Below are positions 1 to 8,981 of a stretch of DNA of 64,000 nt, piece after piece (within the stretch, counting starts at the first letter, position 1; every line of letters begins with the position of its first letter). Below the pieces are notes generated by a model, which did not search any database, was not told where the DNA came from, and saw only the letters and a list, made by a program, of their open reading frames with translations. The stretch is from Fidelibacterota bacterium UBA2242 (GTDB lineage Bacteria > Fidelibacterota > UBA2242): the NCBI GenBank assembly GCA_002347855.1, contig DDYE01000002.1, forward strand, positions 166,045 through 230,044, in the 5' to 3' direction. The translations under genes and the position numbers were made by a program.

Positions 1-1
1 T

Positions 2-805
2 GACACCACGCAAACCAATCCTCTGAAAGTCAAGGAAGCCATTTTTACGCCTTATCAATACAAGCTGCGCAAATTCGAGCGTTATCAACCGGCATATCTG
101 GCGGTTTACGAAGTGCCGATTAATGGCTTATGGGACATTTACGATAACATCAACCTGCTTCGATTGCTCATGCCCGATACTACCATTATGGGTCTAGAGA
201 CGAATTTCGGTGAGCCGGTTCATGCCAAAATCCTCTTTGATTTGGGGAAAACTACTCCGGAGCGTATCAGAGAGCTAATCGAGCAACCTTATTATGAGCA
301 CACGCTGCCCAATGGTAAGGTTGAGAAAGTCAAAGTCAATTTCAAATGTGAGGGGAAGGGCGCTATCATTGATACGCTGGATTATGTTACTTTCCGCAAG
401 GCTTTCTTCTCGGGATATGACCAGAAATTCAATGATTATGAAAAATACGATTTGCACAAGTTGAATATTTTTGAGATTGGGATGCCTGATGCTGAAAATA
501 TCGGGGTAAGACGGGCGCTCAAATATTTAACGAGCCACATTTCCGCGCTCGATGGAGTCGTTAGAGTTCGCACCACCTTTACCAATCGCCCGGTATTGTT
601 AGTTTTCTTTGATAAGGGACAGGTGAGCCCGAAACAGATTATGGATAAACTCCAGGAAACCGAGCTACAGGTATTTGGCGCTGATAACCAGATTAAGACC
701 ATGCCCAATGAGTTTCAATTCGAAGGCACATATAAAGTGCATCCCTATAAACCAGAGCTAGACCAGAAACTAAAAGTTTATCGCTCAGAAACCATAATCG
801 AATAA
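2..805 (+). CDS. hypothetical protein, 5'-truncated by window edge; possible degenerate HMA/ferredoxin-like repeats
   Basis: The frame of ORF 113..805 stays open back to nt 2 with no stop, so the GTG at 113 is probably internal. Internal repeat ILFDLGKTTPERIRELIEQ / VFFDKGQVSPKQIMDKLQE. GMPDAEN sits where HMA domains carry GMTCxxC. A 3-nt gap separates it from the next gene. Confidence 0.55.
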   Translation, partial: DTTQTNPLKVKEAIFTPYQYKLRKFERYQPAYLAVYEVPINGLWDIYDNINLLRLLMPDTTIMGLETNFGEPVHAKILFDLGKTTPERIRELIEQPYYEHTLPNGKVEKVKVNFKCEGKGAIIDTLDYVTFRKAFFSGYDQKFNDYEKYDLHKLNIFEIGMPDAENIGVRRALKYLTSHISALDGVVRVRTTFTNRPVLLVFFDKGQVSPKQIMDKLQETELQVFGADNQIKTMPNEFQFEGTYKVHPYKPELDQKLKVYRSETIIE

Positions 806-808
806 ACC

Positions 809-3520
809 ATGTCGTATGGGATAGTTAAATCGGGCGCAATTATTTTTCTCGCTCTGGCATTGAGCCTGGAAACAGCTATAGGCGATGATTTAGCTATCAT
901 TAAGGGGCAAGTAGTTGCGGAAAATGGCGCCCCACTGGTAGGTGCGAATGTTATTTTGAAAGAGAATTATCTCGGTGCCGCAACCAATGAAAATGGCAAT
1001 TTCTTCATCAAAACCAAAGCCGGTGAGTACACACTTGAGATTACCTATATTGGTTATGCTAAGGTCACAGAGCGTCTCAAATTAGCACCAGGTCAGACTT
1101 TAGTTCGCACCTACCAGATGAGAGTCCAGTACTTTGAAATCGGAGGCATTGTCGTTTTAGCTGAGAAGGAACTTCTGCCTACAAGTCCCGAAACCAAAAC
1201 GCGCATTACCTCTGGCGAAATAGAGCATATTCAAGCTTCGAGCTTGAGCGATGTACTTAAACTTACCCCCGGTCAGAAATTTGAAAACCCCGGTTTGCAA
1301 TATTTAAAACAGGCTGCCGTGCGAGTGTCATCTACTGACGATGTTGCCGACCGTAATGCTACCTTTGGCACCCAGATTGTCCTTGATAATGTCCCACTTT
1401 CCAACAATGCTAATATGCAACTGGATACCCGCATCAATACCGGTGGAGTGCAGCGCACGACTGAGAATTCCGGCATTGACTTGCGCCAGATACCGGCTGA
1501 CAATATTGCTGAGGTGGAAGTCATTCGCGGTATTCCTTCCGCCCGCTATGGCGATCTGACTTCTGGCATTATCAGGGTCAATACCCGCTCTGACATCCAA
1601 CAGCAGCGCTTTAAATATAAATACAATTTGCAGAATCAGGAGCTCAACTTTAATGGCGGTTTTGCTGTTTGGAAACAGCTCCTTAATTATAACCTGAATT
1701 ATGCCTATAGTCAGCGCGACATCCGCATTCCAGATTATGGTTACTCTCGCGTTGCCGCTCAACTTTCCCAAAACAGTCAGGTTTTCAAAAACCTCTATAC
1801 TATTGAAAACCGTCTCTATTTTACCCGGGCTTTCGATGAGCAGGGTTTGCGGAAAGGTGATTTACTGCTTTCCGAATCGTATAACCGCGATTATGTGCTG
1901 CGCTACAACCATACCAGTAAAATTATTCCCGCACCTAATCAGAAATTAGAAGTCAACTACGCCCTCAATTTTACCCGCCAGAATTCTTATTCCAAAAGAC
2001 TCCTTACTTCAGACCGCACCTATCTTTCAGATAGAATGACACCAGGCACGCAGTATGGTTATTTCTTTGCGACTGACACAACGCGTTTATGGGTAAAAGG
2101 TCGAGCTGTGAATCACTATCTAAATATTGAGTATAACCGCACCTTTGCCTGGCTGAATATTCAACACAATCTGCTTGCCGGAGCCAATTATCGTCTGGAG
2201 CGGAATGATGGTCCAGGACGAATCTTTGACCCACTCCGTCCGCCGAGCATCAACTCTATTTTTCGCGACCGACCACGTGCTTATACTGGTTTACCAGACT
2301 TGAAAATCAGCAGCTTCTTTCTGGAAGACAAATTGAGTGGTCATTTGCTTAGTGATTTCCAGCTCAATGTCGGATTGCGGACGGAAATTTATGGTACGGG
2401 TTCGAAATTCCTGCCTCGTGAGCGCGGCACTTTTGTGAATCCTCGTTTGAACCTCGTGATTGTTCCACGCGAAAAGACGCAGATACGCCTTGGCTATGGT
2501 GTTACCTCCAAATCTCCAGCGCTCAGTATGCTGTTCCCTAATCCGATTTATTTCGATCTGGACGATGTTAATCGCTTTACAGGTGACTCATCTGGCTATG
2601 TCATTGTTTCTACCTACCTTTTTGAGCGTACCAATCCCCAATTGAAAGGCTATCAGCAATATAAGCGCGAAATCAGCTTCGATCAGCAAATCGGCAATGT
2701 AGGTTGCTCTATCACGGCATACACGGCTAATGTCAATGGTGCTTTTGCGGCTACTAAACTACAGCCCATCTTCCTCTATCGTTATGACTATCCAAATTGG
2801 CCTGATACCAGTGGAAGAATTATTCGGGATTCGGTCTATACGAGCTATACTATTTTTGAAAATAGTCAGCGCACAGCGACGCGCGGGGTGGAATTTTCCT
2901 TGCAGACTAAAGCTTTGACTCCTCTTAAACTGCGCCTACGCATCGAGGGGGCATACAATTTCACCAGTAGTCAGCAAAAGGGCTATGAGTACAGTTCTAC
3001 TTACCTGCAGGATACCCAGCGTGGCTTAGAAGTGCTACCTTTCTGGAATATCATTCCAGTCCAGTCTGAAAACTTGCTTATTAATTATCGGCTTGAATTT
3101 ACTCTGAAAGAGCTCGGCGCCTGGATAACCTGCGAAGCACAGCAGGTCGTTTTTGATAAAAATTGGTACCGCGGCATTGATGACTCGATAGCGGTCGGCT
3201 ATGTCAACAATCAAGGACAGGTAATCTATTTTACGCCAGAGGAACGAGCAGCTGATATGTCCTCGGTTTACAAACGCACCTACCCTGCCTACTGGTCAAA
3301 GGTCGAAAATCAGCGCAACATCTGGTTATTCAACTTACGGGTGAGCAAAGCTTTGGTTAAAGGCACAGAGGTTTCCTTCTTTGTCAATAATCTATTCAAC
3401 TCTCATCCCCTTTATCGTCGCCAGAGAACGGCACCAGACACAAAATCTTATACGCGCCTGAATCCCGACCTGTTTTTTGGGATTGAAGTGAGTGGAATCG
3501 TTGAGAAACTATGGCAATGA
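809..3520 (+). CDS. TonB-dependent outer-membrane receptor with N-terminal carboxypeptidase-regulatory-like domain
   Basis: Signal peptide. The segment IKGQVVAENGAPLVGANVILKENYLGAATNENGNFFIKTKAGEYTLEITYIGYAKV is a CarboxypepD_reg-like fold. Plug-like segment ITSGEIEHIQASSLSDVLKLTPG...IRGIPSARYGDLTSGIIRVNT. Long aromatic/Gly-rich barrel ending in an aromatic-rich tail. Confidence 0.85.
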   Translation: MSYGIVKSGAIIFLALALSLETAIGDDLAIIKGQVVAENGAPLVGANVILKENYLGAATNENGNFFIKTKAGEYTLEITYIGYAKVTERLKLAPGQTLVRTYQMRVQYFEIGGIVVLAEKELLPTSPETKTRITSGEIEHIQASSLSDVLKLTPGQKFENPGLQYLKQAAVRVSSTDDVADRNATFGTQIVLDNVPLSNNANMQLDTRINTGGVQRTTENSGIDLRQIPADNIAEVEVIRGIPSARYGDLTSGIIRVNTRSDIQQQRFKYKYNLQNQELNFNGGFAVWKQLLNYNLNYAYSQRDIRIPDYGYSRVAAQLSQNSQVFKNLYTIENRLYFTRAFDEQGLRKGDLLLSESYNRDYVLRYNHTSKIIPAPNQKLEVNYALNFTRQNSYSKRLLTSDRTYLSDRMTPGTQYGYFFATDTTRLWVKGRAVNHYLNIEYNRTFAWLNIQHNLLAGANYRLERNDGPGRIFDPLRPPSINSIFRDRPRAYTGLPDLKISSFFLEDKLSGHLLSDFQLNVGLRTEIYGTGSKFLPRERGTFVNPRLNLVIVPREKTQIRLGYGVTSKSPALSMLFPNPIYFDLDDVNRFTGDSSGYVIVSTYLFERTNPQLKGYQQYKREISFDQQIGNVGCSITAYTANVNGAFAATKLQPIFLYRYDYPNWPDTSGRIIRDSVYTSYTIFENSQRTATRGVEFSLQTKALTPLKLRLRIEGAYNFTSSQQKGYEYSSTYLQDTQRGLEVLPFWNIIPVQSENLLINYRLEFTLKELGAWITCEAQQVVFDKNWYRGIDDSIAVGYVNNQGQVIYFTPEERAADMSSVYKRTYPAYWSKVENQRNIWLFNLRVSKALVKGTEVSFFVNNLFNSHPLYRRQRTAPDTKSYTRLNPDLFFGIEVSGIVEKLWQ

Positions 3521-4710
3521 ACATGCATAGCGATATTGAAAAAGTAGTACGCCGACTGCTTGTCGCCACCCTAACTCTGGGCATGTTGCTCTATTTCATA
3601 GACTGTGAGGAGCTGATTACACCACCCGCGTCCATGCGCCTTGATTTGAATATTACAGTCATGGATACTACTTTTTTAACACAGGCGATTCGCGGCAATC
3701 CATATGTAGACAGCGCGCGGGTGTTTATTAATTCCATCTCATACCGCAACACTTACGAAGCCTATACTGATTCGAATGGGATTGCCCATTTTGAGGCGAT
3801 TTTGCCTGACCGTTACCATATCACTGTCACCAAGAGACTCTCAGCAGAAGTCTGTTCGCTGGCTACCGGTAGCCCCATCGAGCGTATTCTGAATGGACAG
3901 TTATCTAATGTTGCGGTGCAGGGCAAGGTGGCGAACTTGACAGTCTATGTGCAACCATCCTCTCCCAGCCCCATTGTTTTCAGCGAAGTCTATTATAATG
4001 GTTCACCAGCTAATCCGATTCCCTATTATTTCCACGATCAATTCACGGAGCTTTACAATAATTCCGACCAGACCATTTATCTCGATAGTCTGATAATTGC
4101 CGATGTAGAGTACGGCTACATCCAGGAAGATGTCATTCACGCCGTGCATGCCTACATGTTTCCCGGTAACGGTCACGATTATCCTCTGCTACCGGGGCAA
4201 TTAGTCATAATCGCGCAGGATGCTGCTGACCACGGCATCAATCACAGCATCAATCTATTGGATGCCGACTTTGAATATTTTGCGCCCAATGTTGGTGATG
4301 TAGATAATCCCAATGTTACCAATATGGTCAAATTGCATCATAAATACGGCGTTGATTTTCTCTATTCGGTTATGAATAATGCGCTGGTTTTACTGAAAGT
4401 ATCTGACCCCTTTGCTCTCGGTTATGATAATTTCCAGAACCTACTCCTACCAAAGTCAGCTGTGCTTGATGGCATGGAGTATCGCGAAAACCTCGAGCAA
4501 ATTGATTATAAGCGGCTTGATCCGACCATTGATGCCGGGCTGACGGGCGGTTTTGAACGCTATAAAATGAAATCTGTCCAGCGTAAGATTGCCTATCGGG
4601 TTAATGGACGCGCGGTTTTGCTGGATAACAACAACAGTTCCATTGACTTCGCCGTGCTCAATTATCCTTCGCTACGCTTTTTCTTTGTGCCAGGAGATGC
4701 CAATCCATGA
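3511..4710 (+). CDS. hypothetical exported protein with lamin-tail-domain-like motif (DUF4876-like by recollection)
   Basis: Hydrophobic N-terminus ending in Cys (LLYFIDC). CarboxypepD_reg-like stretch YTDSNGIAHFEAILPDRYHITV. LTD-like motif IVFSEVYYNGS...DQFTELYNNSDQTIYLDSLII. It overlaps the receptor stop by 10 nt. Alternative ATG starts lie at 3517 and 3523. Confidence 0.5.
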   Translation: MAMNMHSDIEKVVRRLLVATLTLGMLLYFIDCEELITPPASMRLDLNITVMDTTFLTQAIRGNPYVDSARVFINSISYRNTYEAYTDSNGIAHFEAILPDRYHITVTKRLSAEVCSLATGSPIERILNGQLSNVAVQGKVANLTVYVQPSSPSPIVFSEVYYNGSPANPIPYYFHDQFTELYNNSDQTIYLDSLIIADVEYGYIQEDVIHAVHAYMFPGNGHDYPLLPGQLVIIAQDAADHGINHSINLLDADFEYFAPNVGDVDNPNVTNMVKLHHKYGVDFLYSVMNNALVLLKVSDPFALGYDNFQNLLLPKSAVLDGMEYRENLEQIDYKRLDPTIDAGLTGGFERYKMKSVQRKIAYRVNGRAVLLDNNNSSIDFAVLNYPSLRFFFVPGDANP

Positions 4711-6224
4711 GAGTCAGGTGCTGTCAGATATTGGGTTTATGCATATCAGTTCTATTTCTTTTTACTGATTTAGATGCACAGAGCACATTATCTTTTTCGC
4801 CCCTCAATCATTATCTCGCTTTTTTACCGACCGATTTACCTGCTTCCCAAAGTATTAATCCTGCCTGGTTGAAAACCCAGCTCAAGGAGCAAGTCATTTA
4901 TCAAGTAAATGCTTTCAGTGAAAGCGGCGATTTTAAACGACCTTTTGATCCAGGTCGGGGTTTGGTCTCTATCTATCGTGCCAGCGGCACACGGCAATTT
5001 GGGCACAACCACCTTTTCACCGGGACCTTTGCCTATCACCAGCGTGCGCTTGCCGAGAAACAGTGGGTACATAATAGTATCCCTTATAATGGTAACCCGT
5101 TCCTTTTCGCGGATAGTACTGTCGGTGGCTTCAATTTGCGGGGATTATTCTGGGAAGTGGGCTATGCCAATGTATTGCGGCACCACTGGACGACCGGATT
5201 AGCTGTTTTCTATAATGTGGATGAGGAATATAAAACCGTCTTTCCCCGCTCCCAGGTTAAACATCGTGACTTACAGGTGCGCCTGGGAACTGGTTGGCAA
5301 AACGGACTGCGGACTTATTATGGCTTTTGCCTGAGCTATTTTGATTTTCAGGAAAACATGAATACGACGCCCTATAGTCTGGAACAGGGGAAGACGCCGA
5401 TTTTCATCAAAATTCGGGCAACTGATAATCCTTTGCTGGCGCGTGGTCAGACGAGCGAAGAACGGCTATTAGCCATTCAGGGGGTAAATCTAACCCTGGA
5501 CGGAAATCAGGAATTGCGCCGCGGCAATTTCAATTTTTTAGCCGGAGCTGAGCAAGCCCAAGCCCAGAATGTTGACGGTGGCGCTTACCCCGTTGCTCAG
5601 GGGCGTTGGTATGTAAACCGCTATTATTTCCAGACAGAAATCAAACGCTATTTATGGCGGAACAATGCCATTGGGCTATTTTCCAATGGCAGCCTTGAGG
5701 AGCAATGGGCAAAACATCCTGAAATAAACCAGAAAATCTATGCCTTGCGTACCCGCGCCCTGACTGGCGGCGTCAAAATTCAACTTAACCTTGGGCAGCA
5801 CTGTCAAACCCAACCACAGATTTATTTTACCTCAACAACCTATAAAAAAGCCGATTTTTATAACGGCACTCTCCTCTATTATCCCGTTAACTGGGCTGGT
5901 TATTCTCAAAATTTTACTCTGCGCAACGCACACGGCTCACTAATTGAACTGACTGGCGGGTTTCAACTCTCGCGTTCCGGTAATGCACAGATTTATTTCG
6001 AACGCCAGGATTGGTACTATCAACAAATTACCGCCCGAGAAATAGACTATTATCTACAAGACCAGAGCATCGCCTGGGGTGAATTGCACTGCCGTCTGAA
6101 AGGGCGCGGCAATTCTTTCTTTCACGGAAGTTTGCAGTATCGCCTGACTCAACCTGCTACTGGAGGGTCACCAATTTTCCATAAACGTGAGCAGTTTGTT
6201 TTTAATTTTTCAATTGAGCGATAA
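4707..6224 (+). CDS. putative outer-membrane beta-barrel protein (DUF6850-like by recollection)
   Basis: ATGA overlap with the upstream gene. Signal peptide LGLCISVLFLFTDLDAQ. Alternating aromatic/Gly/Asn-rich composition throughout. No enzymatic motif recognised. Confidence 0.45.
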   Translation: MRVRCCQILGLCISVLFLFTDLDAQSTLSFSPLNHYLAFLPTDLPASQSINPAWLKTQLKEQVIYQVNAFSESGDFKRPFDPGRGLVSIYRASGTRQFGHNHLFTGTFAYHQRALAEKQWVHNSIPYNGNPFLFADSTVGGFNLRGLFWEVGYANVLRHHWTTGLAVFYNVDEEYKTVFPRSQVKHRDLQVRLGTGWQNGLRTYYGFCLSYFDFQENMNTTPYSLEQGKTPIFIKIRATDNPLLARGQTSEERLLAIQGVNLTLDGNQELRRGNFNFLAGAEQAQAQNVDGGAYPVAQGRWYVNRYYFQTEIKRYLWRNNAIGLFSNGSLEEQWAKHPEINQKIYALRTRALTGGVKIQLNLGQHCQTQPQIYFTSTTYKKADFYNGTLLYYPVNWAGYSQNFTLRNAHGSLIELTGGFQLSRSGNAQIYFERQDWYYQQITAREIDYYLQDQSIAWGELHCRLKGRGNSFFHGSLQYRLTQPATGGSPIFHKREQFVFNFSIER

Positions 6225-6236
6225 TAGAGAATAGAT

Positions 6237-8447
6237 ATGCGAAAAAACTGGTGTTTAAGTATAGTCATTATTTTCCCGCTTTTCCTTGCTGCGGAACCGC
6301 GCTTTATTAAGCCGAATCATTCTGCCCCATCGGCTTTTGCTATCATCGTAGATAAAACCACGTTCCAGCATACCAGCGCCGCCATTTTAGCTTATCGTGA
6401 TGCAGTTGAGCGTGATGGATTAGCCACCTGGGTGGTAATGGATGACTGGTCTGACCCAGAACAAATTCGCACTGTTGCCAAAAAATTGTATGCGGAACGC
6501 CCGCCGTTGGAGGGCATCGTACTCGTTGGCGATATTCCGATTCCGATGATTCGTGATGCTCAGCATTTGACCTCGGCTTTTAAGATGGATCAGGAGCGCT
6601 ATCCTTTTAATCGCTCGTCGGTTCCCTCCGATCGCTTTTATGACGATTTTGATTTAAAATTCGACTTTTTAAAGCGCGATTCTAACGACTCGCTCCTTTT
6701 CTATTATTCTCTAAGAGCAGATTCGCCCCAACGCGTCGAACGTGAAATTTATTCCGCCCGCATCCGCCCACCAGTCGCAGACAGCACTAAATACACCCTT
6801 ATTGCGCGTTATCTAAAACGAGTCGCTTGCAAAAAAACCGAGCAAAATCTTCTTGACAATATTCTCACCTTCCATGGTCATGGCTATCATTCAGAAGCGC
6901 TGAATGCCTGGGAAGACCAGACCTTTGCCCTTAAAGAGCAATTCCCTTATCTGACGGCTGGACACGGACAGTTCGTCAATTTATACCACAGCATGAGCCC
7001 CGATATGAAAAACATTGTGCTGGATAACCTGCAGAATCCAGCCCTGGATTTGGCGATTTTTCATGCTCACGGTGAATATGATACCCAATATTTAATTGGC
7101 TATCCTCCAGCTGAAAACATCGACCAGAATGTGGCAGCGATTAAGATGTTTCTGCGATCTAAAATGCGAGAAGCCCAGCGTCACAAAAAGTCTATCGAAG
7201 AAGTCAAAAAATACTACCAGCAAGCATACCAGTTTCCAAATAGCTGGTTTGACGGAGCCGATGATGATTCACTGATTCAGGCTGATTCGCTTTATGCCGC
7301 CCGGCTGGACCTTTATGTTGCCGATGTCAATAAAATTCAGCCGCAAGCTAAAGTCATCATATTTGATGAATGCTTCAATGGCAGTTTTATTAAAATGCCC
7401 TATGTAGCTGGCGCCTATCTTTTCGGTGATGGTCAGGTGATTGCTGCCGTCGCTAATACGGTCAATGTCAAGCAGGATAATTGGGCAGATGAACACTTAG
7501 GATTGTTATCCTATGGTATTCGCCTGGGCGCCTGGCATCAGCAGCGCGTCTATCTCGAATCTCACCTTTTCGGCGACCCCACTTATCATTTTTCCCCATT
7601 GCCGGAAAGTGGCGATTTTCAACAGCGCTTCCAGAATCGGAAATTAAACGTGTCTCAGGAACTAAAAAGCCCGGCGGTGGTGCGTCGCACCTGGGCAGTA
7701 GCGCAACTCTATCAGCAGCAAAAGGCGAAAAGCATTCCCCAACTGGTTCAGATTTATCGTACTGACCCGGCTTTTAATGTGCGCCTGGAAGCGTTAAAAT
7801 GCCTTGCCGATTCCCGCTCACCTGAATTCGAAAAACTCCTTTCTGTCAGTGTCAATGACCCATTTGAGTTGATTCGACGCTTCAGTGTCAACTGGATGGG
7901 ATTAATTGGGCAATCAGAATTTCTACCATTGCTTGCTAAAAAAACACTATGGGATGTTTCGGAGCGGGTCAGTTATACTGCCAAAACCGCCATTGAAAAA
8001 CTGGGACCACTGCAAGCCGATTCGGCGTGTCGAGCCATCTATGAAGCGCAGCCAAAGCATACCGCGAGGGAAAGGTCCAATAACCTGTCAAAATCCTTCC
8101 GTCGGTCACATGAATGGCTGTGGCAAGAAATACTGCCAATGGTGAAAAATGATACCCTTTCTCTAAAAGCACGCATTGATGAGGTGCGTACCTTCCGCAA
8201 TTACCAGTTCAGCGATGCCATCCCCGAATTGCTCCGTATTACGATAGATCCGCAGCAAACACCACAGCTCCGTCAGGCGACCCTCGAGGCACTCGGGTGG
8301 TACTACTTCTCCTATAAACGAGCCACCATTATCGCAACCTGCGAAACATTACTCAATGATAAAAATGTCCCTGAGTCGGTCCGCCTGGAAGCTGTAAAAA
8401 CCAGGGCGCGTCTGCTCGCCGGACCTAATGACCCTGTGAATCCCTGA
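6237..8447 (+). CDS. secreted protein with clan-CD (C25/caspase-like) His/Cys pattern and C-terminal HEAT-like repeats
   Basis: Signal peptide IVIIFPLFLAAEP. Motifs GIVLVGDIPIP, LTFHGHGYHSE and LAIFHAHGEYD (strand-His-Gly), KVIIFDECFNGSF (strand-Cys) and LFGDPTYHF. The C-terminal ~250 aa carry repeated helical LEALKCLADSRSPEF / LEALGWY / VRLEAVKT-type units. Confidence 0.4.
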   Translation: MRKNWCLSIVIIFPLFLAAEPRFIKPNHSAPSAFAIIVDKTTFQHTSAAILAYRDAVERDGLATWVVMDDWSDPEQIRTVAKKLYAERPPLEGIVLVGDIPIPMIRDAQHLTSAFKMDQERYPFNRSSVPSDRFYDDFDLKFDFLKRDSNDSLLFYYSLRADSPQRVEREIYSARIRPPVADSTKYTLIARYLKRVACKKTEQNLLDNILTFHGHGYHSEALNAWEDQTFALKEQFPYLTAGHGQFVNLYHSMSPDMKNIVLDNLQNPALDLAIFHAHGEYDTQYLIGYPPAENIDQNVAAIKMFLRSKMREAQRHKKSIEEVKKYYQQAYQFPNSWFDGADDDSLIQADSLYAARLDLYVADVNKIQPQAKVIIFDECFNGSFIKMPYVAGAYLFGDGQVIAAVANTVNVKQDNWADEHLGLLSYGIRLGAWHQQRVYLESHLFGDPTYHFSPLPESGDFQQRFQNRKLNVSQELKSPAVVRRTWAVAQLYQQQKAKSIPQLVQIYRTDPAFNVRLEALKCLADSRSPEFEKLLSVSVNDPFELIRRFSVNWMGLIGQSEFLPLLAKKTLWDVSERVSYTAKTAIEKLGPLQADSACRAIYEAQPKHTARERSNNLSKSFRRSHEWLWQEILPMVKNDTLSLKARIDEVRTFRNYQFSDAIPELLRITIDPQQTPQLRQATLEALGWYYFSYKRATIIATCETLLNDKNVPESVRLEAVKTRARLLAGPNDPVNP

Positions 8448-8511
8448 AAATATTTCTTGCTTTACCGTTTTGAATTGAGCAAAATATCTGGGTCCCGGGA
8501 GGGGATATAAT

Positions 8512-8763
8512 ATGAGTATTTTTTCTCATCATCGTAGCGAGAGAAGCATAATACGGCGCCAATTAAGTATTGGAAGCATCACATGCGTCATTTCGCTACT
8601 TGCCATTCGAATGTTGACATGGTATTGCGAGAAATTACCGCCGGGGGTTACGTTAAAAACTATGCGTGTCATTTGTGTTTTCGCTATCGTCATTGGATTA
8701 ATCGGAGGTGTACTTTTACTTTCCGGTATCTTGAAATGGATGCGCATAAATTCGGGAATTTGA
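8512..8763 (+). CDS. hypothetical small membrane protein
   Basis: GGGAGGGG lies 7 nt upstream of the ATG. Arg-rich N-terminus followed by two hydrophobic stretches (ITCVISLLAIRMLTWY, VICVFAIVIGLIGGVLLLSGIL). No homology recognised. Overlapping alternative ORFs exist on both strands. Confidence 0.3.
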   Translation: MSIFSHHRSERSIIRRQLSIGSITCVISLLAIRMLTWYCEKLPPGVTLKTMRVICVFAIVIGLIGGVLLLSGILKWMRINSGI

Positions 8764-8981
8764 ATTGACTCTTTTCTGACTGCCCGCTAATTCGAAATAG
8801 CGAAATCTGCCCCTGTTTCTGTTTTAAAGAGCAAGCATACCATGCTCAAGATTCTCCAGTACCTCGCTTCTCTTACACGGAGTCAATTACGGAGTTTAGC
8901 CTCTTATCCTAAAATAATCTCAGAGTGTAAATTTTATTTAGGGCATACATTTTTTCTGTTTGGAGTTAAATTGTAGTCGAA

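Noticed and set aside
8493-8500. Perfect palindrome TCCCGGGA upstream of the 83-aa ORF
   Set aside because: It is only 8 nt with no loop, and it overlaps the SD region. It is most simply a chance restriction-site-like palindrome rather than an operator.
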